Shown piece by piece: positions 52,528 through 64,000 of a stretch of 64,000 nt of DNA. The stretch is from positions 18,786,001 to 18,850,000 of the forward strand of contig CP075492.1 in NCBI GenBank assembly GCA_021613535.1, in the 5' to 3' direction. Source of the stretch: Adineta vaga (taxonomy: Eukaryota; Animalia; Rotifera). Position numbers and translations under genes: made by a program. The number at the start of each line of letters is the position of its first letter. Position 1 is the first letter of the stretch. The notes beneath the pieces were generated by a model. The model made no database searches and was not told the DNA's origin. It saw only the letters and a program-made list of their open reading frames with translations.

Positions 52528-53640
52528 CTATGTGTTAGTCGATTCGAGAAAAGCTCGTAAAAATTGAAGAACTTCATCTTCGTCAGCTGAGTAGTCTGTA
52601 TAAACTAGTTTACGTGTATCATTTACAATCTGAACATTTAATGTACACAAGTTCCGCATCAAATAAACCAAATTAACTACATTCATTATAGGTTTTCCAC
52701 GTTGATTCGAAGCATTGTACACTGCATACCGAGTGTAGATTTAGTCAAAGCAACACATTGTTGCCTATAGAACGAAGATCCGTAATCACGTTTATCATAT
52801 AATTGTAGATCTAGACGACGTATGAAGGAGTTGTAAGTATTGAGCAATAACCTTGTCATAGTATCTTCGCTTTTTCACAAGTCAGTTTCAATGAAGAAAG
52901 GTATGGTGCTCGTTCGAATAATATTTAGAGTTGTGTTTGTAGTTCAGCATTGTCTTCACGAATAAAAACATTGAGTGATTTCAAATGATTATGCGTTAGT
53001 AGAACTGAATGTAATTCGACGTGTGTTGGAAGTTCTATACATAGATAACAGATATTGTAGAACTGAATACGATCTAACAACGACCATCGAGTTAAGAATC
53101 AATATTATTGTAATTGTTGTACATGATTATAACACCAGTAATCAGTTTCATTAGGAGACGTTGGTGATTGGTGACCATTGATCCATTCACATCGTACAAA
53201 TCATTGATGTTGTGTTATCCAAAAATGACTGCTAAACGATTGAAGTAGTGCGTCGATATGATCTTTTCCCATCGACATCCATTTATTTTCCCAAAATGTG
53301 TATTTAATAATGGGACAGTCAAATGTCGTAGATTAGGCATACATTTCAACAAATTTTCTATCGTAAATGATGCATCACGAGCATATATTTTCAATGAAAC
53401 GATGAATTGGCATCCATAAAATATTGTCAACAAGTGTCTGATACCGATCATTGGTTAGTTACATATAATAGTTATTGAAACGAAGACAAGTTAGATGAGG
53501 AATAAAACGACATTACCTAATGATTTCTTTGATAGTTTGACAGGATGACATATGACCAAACGAAAGTGATCGCACAGATTAGAAAAGGAAAATGTTGGAT
53601 TTAACCTGGTGTTTCATCATCATTTGAGAAACGAATAGAT
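52528..53640 (-). pseudogene. Decayed F-box/LRR-type gene remnant
   Basis: Fragments LLKCMPNLRHLTV..INGCRWEKII and LVYLMRNLCTLNVQ among many stops and frameshifts. Confidence 0.55.
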
Positions 53641-55354
53641 GTAATTCGATCAGAAAATTTAGATATTAATATAATAATAAAGAATTATTTTAATCAAAAT
53701 AAACCCAACAAAACATACAATCCATAAAATCATTCGTATATTTGATTCTCACAAGTTACCGAGTTTAAAAAAAATCAAACGATAAGAATAAGAATTTGTT
53801 TTTCTATTTTCTAGAAAACTTATTTCTGTTAAAACACAACTTCGACGATTTTTTACAGAATTTTAAACGAAAATAGTTTTTTTTTGTCATTCATATATTA
53901 ATGTGGATAAAATCATCATGCAAATCTGCACAGAAAAAAATGACTTTAATTGAATATCTTCACTTCGCCGATGAACAAATCTAACCGTTATTCATCATGA
54001 CATTTCTATATTTTAACAGTAATCAAGTACATTTCTTTGAGAATTTCAATAATAGGAGTTGCTTGAAAGGTACGATAAGCTATGAATAGACAACATAGAT
54101 GTGTTGGACATTTGCTCAAATTATCGATAAAATGAATTTTTTTCCAACCAAGAATTTTTGAATATGGATCATACATTTCTAAGTTTCTGATTCTTTCATA
54201 ATACTGTAAGTTATTTATTATTCAATCAGAGTGTACAGTGCGATCGATGAGTAAAATTGCAAAACAATGAAGGTAAATGAGAAAGATCGTAGGCAAAGAA
54301 AAATCGTATAGCGGAGAATCACGTGTGCATAGGAGAGCGACTAGCTGCGCAGCTACATCATTGACAATTGAGCATCGTTAAGACTACTTAGTGATATTCC
54401 AGTGTGATGAAGATTAGTTCGACCTGATTTTCATAATGGATTGTTCTTTCGGCTGTGATAAGGGTCATACGAAAACAACTTTTCTATATGTGCTTGAGAG
54501 CGCCGATATTGGTCAATAGAATACCGTTTAGGACTAGGGATATGTCAAAAACACACGGTTATGATAGTACCAAGAGACTCTGACAGACTATATTGTGGAA
54601 GACTCATAGGTTCTGAATGGACCAATTCAATAAGCTTATATGGCTATAAAATCTGTAAAGAATATACGACTACAGAAATCATTAACGTATTTGAGGCGTT
54701 AAAATGTAAAGTCGTAGTTTATTTATAGGCATATGTATTTATGTCGAGTGTGTGTATGTGCTTATTGGATTCTAGCACAACCTTCGAGACCGTACCTTAA
54801 ACAAGAAAGAAAAACCATGCTGTATGCACCAATCTTCGCTAGTGCTATCATAATGTCATCGCAGATATATGAAGTTTCGACAGTTTGTCTGAAGTACTCC
54901 TTACTGTCAATATGACACATCCTTTTATGAGGCTGTCCACGACGAGAGCTTTGAAAGCGCACTCAAAGAAGACATAATGTAAGCTGATTATAGAAAATTC
55001 AGTCGAGGGTCAAGCGAGTCAGCCTCGACGAGCGTTATTTATTGCTAATTTAACAGCTTTATATCCAAACATGTTAAACAACATTTTGAGTAAGATATTT
55101 ATTAACCATTTTGTAGAAGTGAAGCAAAATCTAAACGATAAATTGATAGTTGTTTTATTAGATAAATATGGTAAGAAAATGGTAGAAGAATTAATCGAGA
55201 AATAATTGTCTTAGTTGCACAAAGGAAAAGCAAACTTTGTCTTTTTTTCGTTTCTTTTCTTTCTTCCTGTGGTTGATAAGCATAGTGGACACGCGACTCA
55301 CCTGAATGGATAACGATAACTAAAAATGTATTTGTTTATTTGTTCTTTTAGAAA

Positions 55355-57051
55355 ATGATGAATATTTGGATTGTTATTTTTCTGCTATTCGCAGTGAAGA
55401 CTGATGGGCGATTATCGCGTTACCAAAGATATCGAAAACCAGAACCATCGGGTCAATTTCGAATGTCAACATTGACGGGCGAACAGATTGCTTTACCGAG
55501 TTAGTACTTATAATAATCAGTTTGTTTAATTATCGACTCTAGAAATTTAGCATCGGATCAACTAGAATGGCAAGCGCAGGAGTTAGGCGTCTTGATTCAT
55601 TTCAATATGGCAACTTATATTGAAAATCATGATGCATGTCCAAATGATTTAGTTCCACCTACATCTCGATTTAATCCATATCTGCTGTCGACAGACAATT
55701 GGATTCAAGCAATAATGGATTTTGGAGCCAAATATGCCGTGCTTGTTGCTAAGGTAGAAGTTCTTTTTCTTTGATGTTAAATATTTTCTTTCATCGATCG
55801 TAGCATAACTGTGGATTTCTTCTATCTCCAACAAACGTCACATTTCCATTAAATCCATCGAGTAAAATTATACCATATAATTACACGGTTGATTATTCAC
55901 CTGTGAAAGGTGTAAATATTCTTGATGAATTTATCAGGAGTTGTAATAAGCAGAAGATACGAACTGGCTTTTACTATTCAACAGTAATAAATAATTATCT
56001 CAATGTTCGACAAGGCTATGCAAGTTATTCTATTTTCGATAAATTTTTATACATTTTCATTATTTGAAAGGTTCAAAATGATACGCTGAAAGAAGGTCAA
56101 CTAAATATCACCCAAGAAACCTATAGTAATATTGTATTGTCTCAATTGAGAGAATTATGGACGAATTATGGAAATCTTGAGGAGATTTGGTTCGATGGAG
56201 GGTGAATTAATTAAGGAAAAATTGATTGTCTCACTCGTTATTATCGTTTAGTTTGGCACCGGGAGTACAAGATGCGGTTGCAAAAATGCTTGCCGAACTT
56301 CAGCCTCATGCAAATGTTTTTGGTGGAATTGGCATAACAGCAAATTCTATTCGATGGATTGGTAATGAACAGGGTCATGCACCTGATCCAACTTGGTCAA
56401 CTGGAACCACCGCTGATGGAGGTGATCCTGATAGTCCAATTTTTTGTCCAGCTGAATGTGATACAACTTTACAAATATTCGATCGATGGTTTTGGGTATA
56501 GGAAAAGAAATTAAAGTGATAAATAATTGATAATTTTCTATTCGCAGGGTCCTTATGCTTTACTTCGTTCTCTCCAAGATTTGATCGATGTTTATCATCG
56601 AACCGTAGGTCGAAATTGTTTACTGATGCTTGATTTAACACCTGATCGATCTGGTATTATTCCATCAGCATATGCTAATCGTTACAAAGAATTGGGCGAT
56701 TTTATTCGTTCCTGTTATGGTACTTCTGTCGTACCCAGTTTTCAAAATTCTTCGCTTGATTTTATGACATACATGCTGATGTTCAATGCACCTGTAAGTG
56801 TTGATCGTTCGGTTATTCAAGAAGATCAAACTCGTGGTCAAGTGATTCGTGCCTATAGTGTTACTGTACTGTTAGCCATCTCAAAAGATCAGAATGAATG
56901 GATTCAAGTAGCCACGGGTACTAGTATTGGAAATAAGAAAATTGATTTGTGGAAAAAAGGAACATTATTAATACGAGCCGTCAAATTAAATATTACTAAA
57001 ACTATCGATGTACCTGTATTGAAATCATTCACTGTTCATTTATGTGCTTGA
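55355..57051 (+). CDS. Alpha-L-fucosidase (GH29), multi-exon
   Basis: Motifs QLEWQ..ELGVLIHFNMATY, YAVLVAK|HNCGF, EIWFDGG, RWIGNEQG, YHRTVGRNC and SIGNKKI. Confidence 0.9.
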
Positions 57052-57092
57052 AATCAGTATAGAAATCATTTGAAAATAAAAGTCTATTGATC

Positions 57093-57221
57093 ATCTTGAG
57101 GGTGAGAGTCTGTGGGATTGAGGGCGTAAATATGCATCTTTCGTCCTTAATTGTTTTAGTTACACTACCAATTATACACTTTTCTTTACCATATTGCATC
57201 CTGAGGTGCCACACCCTCGAG
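57093..57221. repeat. Palindromic junction element (long loop)
   Basis: ATCTTGAGGGTGAGAGTCTGTGGGATTGAGGGCG...GCCACACCCTCGAG. Confidence 0.75.
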
Positions 57222-57611
57222 TGCAGAAGAACTACACTGATGCATTTACATGTTATTTCAAGTTTTTTGACAAAAAAATGAAAATATTTCAATAAACAAA
57301 TTATTACATCATTGTTTTTATCCTATAATAAATATTTTTCACTTCGATCAACCTAATCTATCTGTATATATAACAAGCAATCAAATGCATTTATTATACT
57401 ATCGAAAGATTTTATTTAACACAGTTACTTCAATATTATATGTTTATACCTTCATGTTCAATTGCGAATTATATCAGTTCGAAGTGTCCTAAGGAAGAAG
57501 ATGTTGCTTATCGGTTTCTTTGAAAACAAATCAATAACTTATATAAAGAAATTATCATCATTTTCGAATATTTGTTTTGTAGATTATTTCAATTTAGTAA
57601 CATAAATTACA

Positions 57612-57935
57612 ATGACTTCTCGATTATGGAGTGTATTTGCAATTGTCACATGGCTAACTTATATTATTCAACCAACATCCAGTGAAAATGTAGCACTTTT
57701 AATTTCATGTACAACTCAAAAGGTAAATTTGAAATATTCTATGCCGTTACCATCAGCAACAAGTGCGAGCGTGGTATCAACTACGGCAACAGACAATGGA
57801 GCATGGAATCCATGTCAAGTAGCAGGTATACCAACGACTGTACAATATTATTTGACAATGAATTTAACTCAAGCCGTCTTTACTGATTTCTTTTCTATGG
57901 TTTTTTTATGCTCTTATATTGAATACCAGACATGA
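57612..57935 (+). CDS. Secreted protein or N-terminal gene fragment
   Basis: Signal-peptide-like N-terminus; no recognisable domain. Confidence 0.45.
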   Translation: MTSRLWSVFAIVTWLTYIIQPTSSENVALLISCTTQKVNLKYSMPLPSATSASVVSTTATDNGAWNPCQVAGIPTTVQYYLTMNLTQAVFTDFFSMVFLCSYIEYQT

Positions 57936-58313
57936 GATGGCTAATTTGAATTCGAATATAAATGCACATTCACCTATTTGTGATATCGTTTCGAAAATAG
58001 ATCATGAAACTTGATCTAGAGTTTTCCCATGGAATAGGAATAGATTTATTTTGGTTACCATTCATTATAATTCGAAATTCTGTTCGTAGCTGACTCATAT
58101 ATATATATAATTTATAAGCAGAGTAATAAAGTCTAAATCTTTATGCATCAAAAATAATGATTATAGGAGCGCTTTTTGAAAATCGTCATTTATATTCGAA
58201 GACGATTTAGACAACTACTCGCTTTGTTTTGTTGAATAATAAAAGAAAGAAATTTCAAATGACAAAACAACATTTAAGACAATATATAGAAATTCGATAT
58301 TTTTTCTGATAAA

Positions 58314-59350
58314 TTATTGTCTAAACCGTTGTGATAGTTTAATATAAAGACGAGAAATCATTGCTAAACATTCTTTTCGAAATATCGATGAAGCCAATGT
58401 ATATGTTGCAAATGTAAACTAAATTATTTGTAATAAAATTAAAGAAACAAAACGTTTTTAACTCTTACCGAAGCAAAAATATAACAAAGATGAATTGTAA
58501 ATGCATAAATAAAACCTTCAATTGCTAATCGATCTGAACTTTTAATTTGTGAACTTGTTAAATAATCATAAGTAACATAAATAGCATAACCTATATTAAA
58601 TATTGTAAATATTAAACTTTGTATTAAAGTTAATCGAATAAATTTCATATGATTAGATTTTCTTAATCCTTGATGTTGTTGTTGTTGATAAATATTTCCT
58701 GTATCAGATATTACATTGATACGATGACGACTTTGTCGAATATTAATAATAATTAATATTCCTAAGAATATCATTAATAGAATTGGTATAAAAATACTTA
58801 ATATATTATAAATATTAAAGAAAATATTATAAATTGTACTAAAATAAACATAACATCGATTCGATTTAATTTCATATCCAATTAATGTATGAATTGTAAA
58901 TAAACAACAAAGAAATGTTCCACCAAAAATAAGATAACGAGCCATTTTATGAGAACTTAATCGTCGAATTGATTCATTTGTTGATGTTATCATCCAACGA
59001 TCAATTGCAATTAAACAAATAAAATAACGTCCAAGAAGTAATGTTAAATGAGCAAAATAATAACGAATTTTACAAAATAGAATTGATGTAGATTCTAATG
59101 TAAATATTGTTACAAATGGTAATGTTCGAGTTAAACCACTTATATCAATTAAGAATAAATTTGATATGGAAAAACTTATAAAATACCATGAACATGTATT
59201 ATTTAAATGAAGACCAGGTTGAAGAAATAAAAATATATTCATTAAATTACCCAAATTACCAAAGATATAAACAGGTATCATGAAATAACGTGTAAAATAT
59301 GTTTGAACAAGATTTAATTGTATTGATAAAGAAATTGTTGATGAATTCAT
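58314..59350 (-). CDS. Rhodopsin-like orphan 7TM GPCR (2 exons)
   Basis: GNLGN, FCKIR and AIDRW motifs; terminal exon FTFATYTLASSIFRKE...*. Confidence 0.85.
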
Positions 59351-61502
59351 GTCTAATTATGGAATAATTCGACGAAGATTTCTTTGTCTCTTCAAAATAT
59401 GAAAATATTCTTTGCTTTTTGGCTATTCTTTGATATTCATCAAAAAAAAAGGAAATGAAAATAATGTAAAGTATTATTAACCTTGTCTACTTTCTTTTTC
59501 AATATGTTAATTAAAAGAAAGAATCAAGATTCTAATTCATCTCGTCATATGATAAAAGAAAACACTTTTTTTAAACTATAATTATTCATAATTTCTATAT
59601 CTAGTTCAAAAAGAACTAGAGGAGTTTGTTGCACCGATAAAATTCAAAGATATAATAAAAAGATGTCAAAAAGTATGCGAATGACGAATAACAGAATAGA
59701 ACATGTGATATTCTCTCGAGGTTTTCTTTTTTGTTCTTGCATTAGTACATTGAACTTTGAAAATGAAAAGATAAAATCATTGAATGATTTTTATAAGTTT
59801 TCGACATAGGGTGTGGGTACTAGTCTTTATGCGTAGAAACGTCAATCTTGCCTTGCGAGTTATTTACTTCCGTTTCAGCTATAAGGTTATACGAAGAAAA
59901 TTTGAAGATTCGTTTTTTCAGGCAACGATTTATCTATGTTAATTTTCATCATCACAATACCATCAATGAGAAAAATAGATAAATATATTATCTTCAAGAC
60001 AATTTTTTGTTTTCTATGGAATAATATTCTTCTTATAAAATAATCGAAGATGATGTATTGATATATAGAAAATACCCGAGATACAATTTCATCTATTTTA
60101 TTTTTAAAATTTAATTATCTAAAAGTTCTATTCTTATTCAAAATTTTAATCTTCTTAAAATCTATCTCAAAAGAGTAGTTTGATTTGAAATTTTCACCAT
60201 TAATTAGAAGATAAAATTTCGTACTTATGACAATTTATCTGTGTGTAGATCAAATGAATTATATTCAATATGGATTTGTTTTTATTGAAAAATATGCTAC
60301 ATGTTTTATTCGAAATCAATCATTACTAATAAATGAATATGTAAAAATAAATTTCTATAAAGCCACATCTTTTGTCGCTTGTTGATATTGATCAGCAGTA
60401 TTTTGAAGAAGAACCACGAATTCTTCACAAGCCTTATCCATGACTACAGCCAATAATACAACTCCTATCATTTGTGCGATCATTATAAAATTAAAACGTG
60501 GAAAATAAATTGAATCACAAATAAAAATATTGTAAAAGTTAATGAGAACGAATCGAATCGATATATTTAGAATATGTTTTTCATTTGCTTTTTCTCGCAT
60601 ATTTATATACTCAACGTCTTATTGTTATTTTCTAATAACTAATGACGTCAAATAATGACGTACATAAATTTTTACCATCATACGAAAAAAAAACTCCTAC
60701 ATACTTTTCCCCTTCCCCACGAAAAGAACGTTACAATACATAATTTCCCACCAATACGTGTATAATGACTCATTTATCGTCGACTTTACACTGTACTGTA
60801 ATATACCAAATACACGAATATGTCTTAGGTAGAATTAAATTATCTTTTCTTCTATGAATAAATGTCGCTCTCTCATATAATTTAGAACGATATTCCATTC
60901 AAAATTAAAACAGAGATTGTAAGTATTTTAACATTATATTAAACTTTAAGATAGTGATAGAAGTAATTTGAACATATTTTTGAAATAAGATATACATTCC
61001 AATTTAGAGACAAAGAAATATTAATATACACGAGCCATATGTATTATTTAACAAACTATAACCATGACAAAAACGATTATTTCTCACATGAATCTAAATA
61101 AGTGTTATATATTTCTCTATTATTGAGTTTCTTTTCGTTGTATGCATTTAATCTAGCTGGGTTCAAAATAAAATATTAATAAATGCGAGAAACTTTGCAT
61201 TGAAATCGTAATGGATATCCTCGTTTTGTCTCATAAATGTCTTGAGAGCTTAGTGACGATATATTTCACAGAGACTGAGTGTATAGCGAACGGATACACT
61301 GACTGATTTTAGAGTGCACTATTCATTCAAGTCAAAATCGAAAAGTTTTTTTTTCGTCGTTTTGTTATTTGTATCAATATGTCGATTTATTATTTTATGG
61401 AAACGTATAATCAAGAATAAAAATTATATGAAGAAATATGAACTTGAAAAATTCTGTTGTAATTTAAGAAAAAAGTGTTCTGATATTTTTCGTGATAAAT
61501 AA

Positions 61503-62351
61503 TTAATCATGTAGTTCTTCTTTATCGAAAATATATTCGCCAAGACCCGAACCAACGCGACGTAAATTGGTAATATAATCACCAATTTGTTTGATGGATT
61601 TGACCTAAACAGAAACAAAATGAAATGATTATAAAAACAAAACATATGTAAATACCTGTTCTTCAAGAAATTCTTCTTCAAGATAATCTGCCAAATGTGG
61701 ATCGCTAGAATGAATAAAGAAAGATAGAATAATTATTAATCAAAGATGTTTAATATCATACGTATGTTGATTAGCCGATGCATGTAATTCAAGTAATGCT
61801 TGATAAACATCTTTTTCCAATTGTAAAGCTGTTTCATGAGCTTCAAGAGGCGAATTCCAACTTTGTTGTTGTGGCTTCTAAATTTCGAAAGACAAAAAAA
61901 TACTAAAATCGAAATGAATTATAATCAACATACTTTAACATCCAAAAGAACAATAGTACCACCACGTTTATTTTGATATTCCATGAATTTATTTGCATGT
62001 TCATTTTCTTCTTTAGCCATTTTTTCGAAATATTCATGATGTCCTAACGATTGAGAAAAATTATTTTAGAAAATAAACAAAATAAAAACGATTAATCGAT
62101 TTCTTTTTACCTTTTAAAGCAACATCATAACGATCGAAATGATGTGCCATAGCCGTGTAAACATAACTAGCATATAATTCCAAATTAATTTGTCGATTGA
62201 CTAAACCTTCATTATCTTCATGATAATTACTGAAAGAATAAAAAAAATAATCTCGAATATGAAAAATACTATTGTTATTAAATACATACTATCGAACGAG
62301 ATTTTCGCGTGTTTGACTTGACGTAACCGAAGCTTGTTTTTCGACCGACAT
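61503..62351 (-). CDS. Ferritin (H-type), multi-exon
   Basis: Spliced translation gives [69 protein letters not shown] and [14 protein letters not shown]. Missed by the ORF track. Confidence 0.93.
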
Positions 62352-62430
62352 GCTTGAAACAATTGTTTATTTTTTTGTAATATTGTATATAACAAATTTC
62401 TTGCGAGAAATAACAACGTTTGATAAACAC

Positions 62431-62469
62431 AATTTGTAACGAACAGTCACTGCTGCTGCAAAACAAATT
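62431..62469 (-). promoter_or_regulatory. Iron-responsive element (IRE) in the ferritin 5' UTR
   Basis: Minus strand AATTTGTTT-TGC-AGCAG-CAGTGA-CTGTT-C-GTTACAAATT: CAGUGN loop, 5-bp upper stem and UGC/C bulge, ~80 nt upstream of the ATG. Confidence 0.88.
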
Positions 62470-62867
62470 GACCAACTGAATGAGGAAAATAACGACGAGC
62501 ATTTGTATTTATATGTAAAGATAAGTAAGAGAAAAAAAGCGAGCGAAAGAGAGAGAGTGAATAATCTAGAATTTATCTCATTTTTTTCTTCTTTGTGTAT
62601 AATAAAAACACATCTCCTGTCGAATAGTATTACTTTTAGATCTGCTGATTGTATATATTTGTTTTGCGTATTTAATAAAATGTATCAAAACGAAACTGTC
62701 AAAAGAACGTAACTAAAGGTCGTTTTGTTGCACGGTCACAATGATGATAAAAGTACATTGGAGGAGATAAGAGTCGACCCTGTAATAGAGCACTGTGAAA
62801 CCGTTTTTTTTTTCATTCCGAAACTCGAATTATTCCTAGTCTTTTGAAAAAAATTTTTAGTTCACTT

Positions 62868-62931
62868 TGGAGGGTGTGGGTGTGGACTATGATCACTTTC
62901 ACGCTTATTCTTCCATACCCATACCTACCTA
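62868..62931. repeat. Palindromic junction element (loop TATGATCACT shared with copy 11)
   Basis: TGGAGGGTGTGGGTGTGGACTATGATCACT...CCATACCCATACCTACCT. Confidence 0.8.
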
Positions 62932-63205
62932 ACAGAAGACTAAGAAGCAAACATACAGTAAAATTACATCTTACTTTCACAGATATTATGAATAGTAAAG
63001 TGTTTTTTAAAGTATATAAGTGAAATATATGGAATATTAGATAATGGTATCATTAAGTGTTTGAAATCATTTTCAATGCACATCATCGAAGAAAATATTT
63101 TCTTTCAAAAATCTTTCATATAAAATTATAAACTCGATGTTCATTTTTCTATATTTAACTAACTCATAACAAGCAACACTTTGATTCATTAGAGAAAAAC
63201 AAATT

Positions 63206-64000
63206 ATGATGAAATATATCATTTCTATATTCTTTTTAATACATATTCATATCTTATATGCTGATTTAACATCAAGTATTGATTTATATAGAAATGGTTT
63301 CGATTTTATTCCAGCTAATGAAATAGAATACATTCGTACAGATTCATCAGTCATCTCTGAATTTACTTGTAGTCTATTATGTCATCAAGATCCTCAATGT
63401 CGTACATTCGTCTTTGATGAACCTGTCTGTCAACTTTATGAAGGTGTTTTGAACACGGGTTCTTTAGTTGCTGTTGCTTCAACAAGTCGTACTGTTGGTG
63501 AAATAAAATATGATAATATCGATGTAATGTATGGTTATAATAAATCATGTGATCATTGTTTTCCTGATCGATATCTTGTCTGTCGAAATAACACTTGTCA
63601 ATGTCCAGTAGATACGTTTTATGATAATCAAGGTAATTGTCGCAATCAACTCTATGTCGATTCAAAAATGACATGTGAAAATGATAATTGGTGTAATCAA
63701 AATCTTAATTTAACTTGTCAATGTGGTAAATGTCAATGTCCTTCGAAAACTTTCTGGAAGAATAAAACATGTATACCACAATATCTTGCGGGAATTTCTT
63801 GTAATACAAGTGATCAATGTCGCAATGATCTTAAACTTATTTGTTCACGACAAAACAAAACATGTATACGTATGTTTAGTCTATTGTTTTGTTTTGTTTT
63901 CCCTTAAAATACACTGATATTCTATTTAGCTATGACTGTTTTGAAAATACCTGTTATTGATGCCATTCTTCCTGCTAAATTCTCTAATTTTGATATGTCA
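63206..64000 (+). CDS. Secreted PAN/Apple plus Cys-rich EB-module protein (runs off the window)
   Basis: Signal peptide, PAN motif CSLLCHQDPQCRTFVFD..CQLY, repeated C.C...FW....C modules, intron ending at ~63929. Confidence 0.75.

Noticed and set aside
60355-60600. 81-aa minus-strand ORF
   Set aside because: No recognisable motif or convincing gene structure.
105-62931. CRISPR array interpretation of the recurring palindrome
   Set aside because: The spacers are kilobases long and irregular, the repeats are divergent, there are no cas genes, and the context is eukaryotic.

Overview
AT-rich eukaryotic DNA with short GT-AG introns. The gene content strongly suggests a bdelloid rotifer; this is an inference from gene families, not a database result. 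It includes seven orphan 7TM receptors, F-box/LRR genes, an ART-TPR gene, NHL, LamG and PAN/EB proteins, and bacterial-type DUF4832 and GH29 genes. The most striking feature is a family of about 20 short (~50-130 bp) imperfect palindromes recurring every ~1-6 kb. Their consensus is ATCTTGAGGGTGTGGGTG-[15-30 nt loop]-CACCCACACCCTCAAGAT, and the arms are built from bdelloid telomere hexamers (TGAGGG/TGTGGG). They divide the window into gene-sized segments and often sit 40-215 bp behind a stop codon. At several copies they join fragments of unrelated genes with no target-site duplication: actin is cut at ...MESVG and fused to an unrelated 3' exon, a kinase and a secreted-protein gene lack their 5' ends, and a large receptor loses its tail. 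They therefore behave like recombination junctions of a gene-cassette array rather than simple insertions. Many cargo genes carry a single nonsense or frameshift lesion. Also present are two hAT-type MITEs with 8-bp TSDs (one inside a palindrome arm), a ~610-bp foldback MITE, non-autonomous Helitrons, an anti-LPS-factor-like gene, and a ferritin gene with a canonical 5' iron-responsive element. No recombinase or transposase is encoded in the window.
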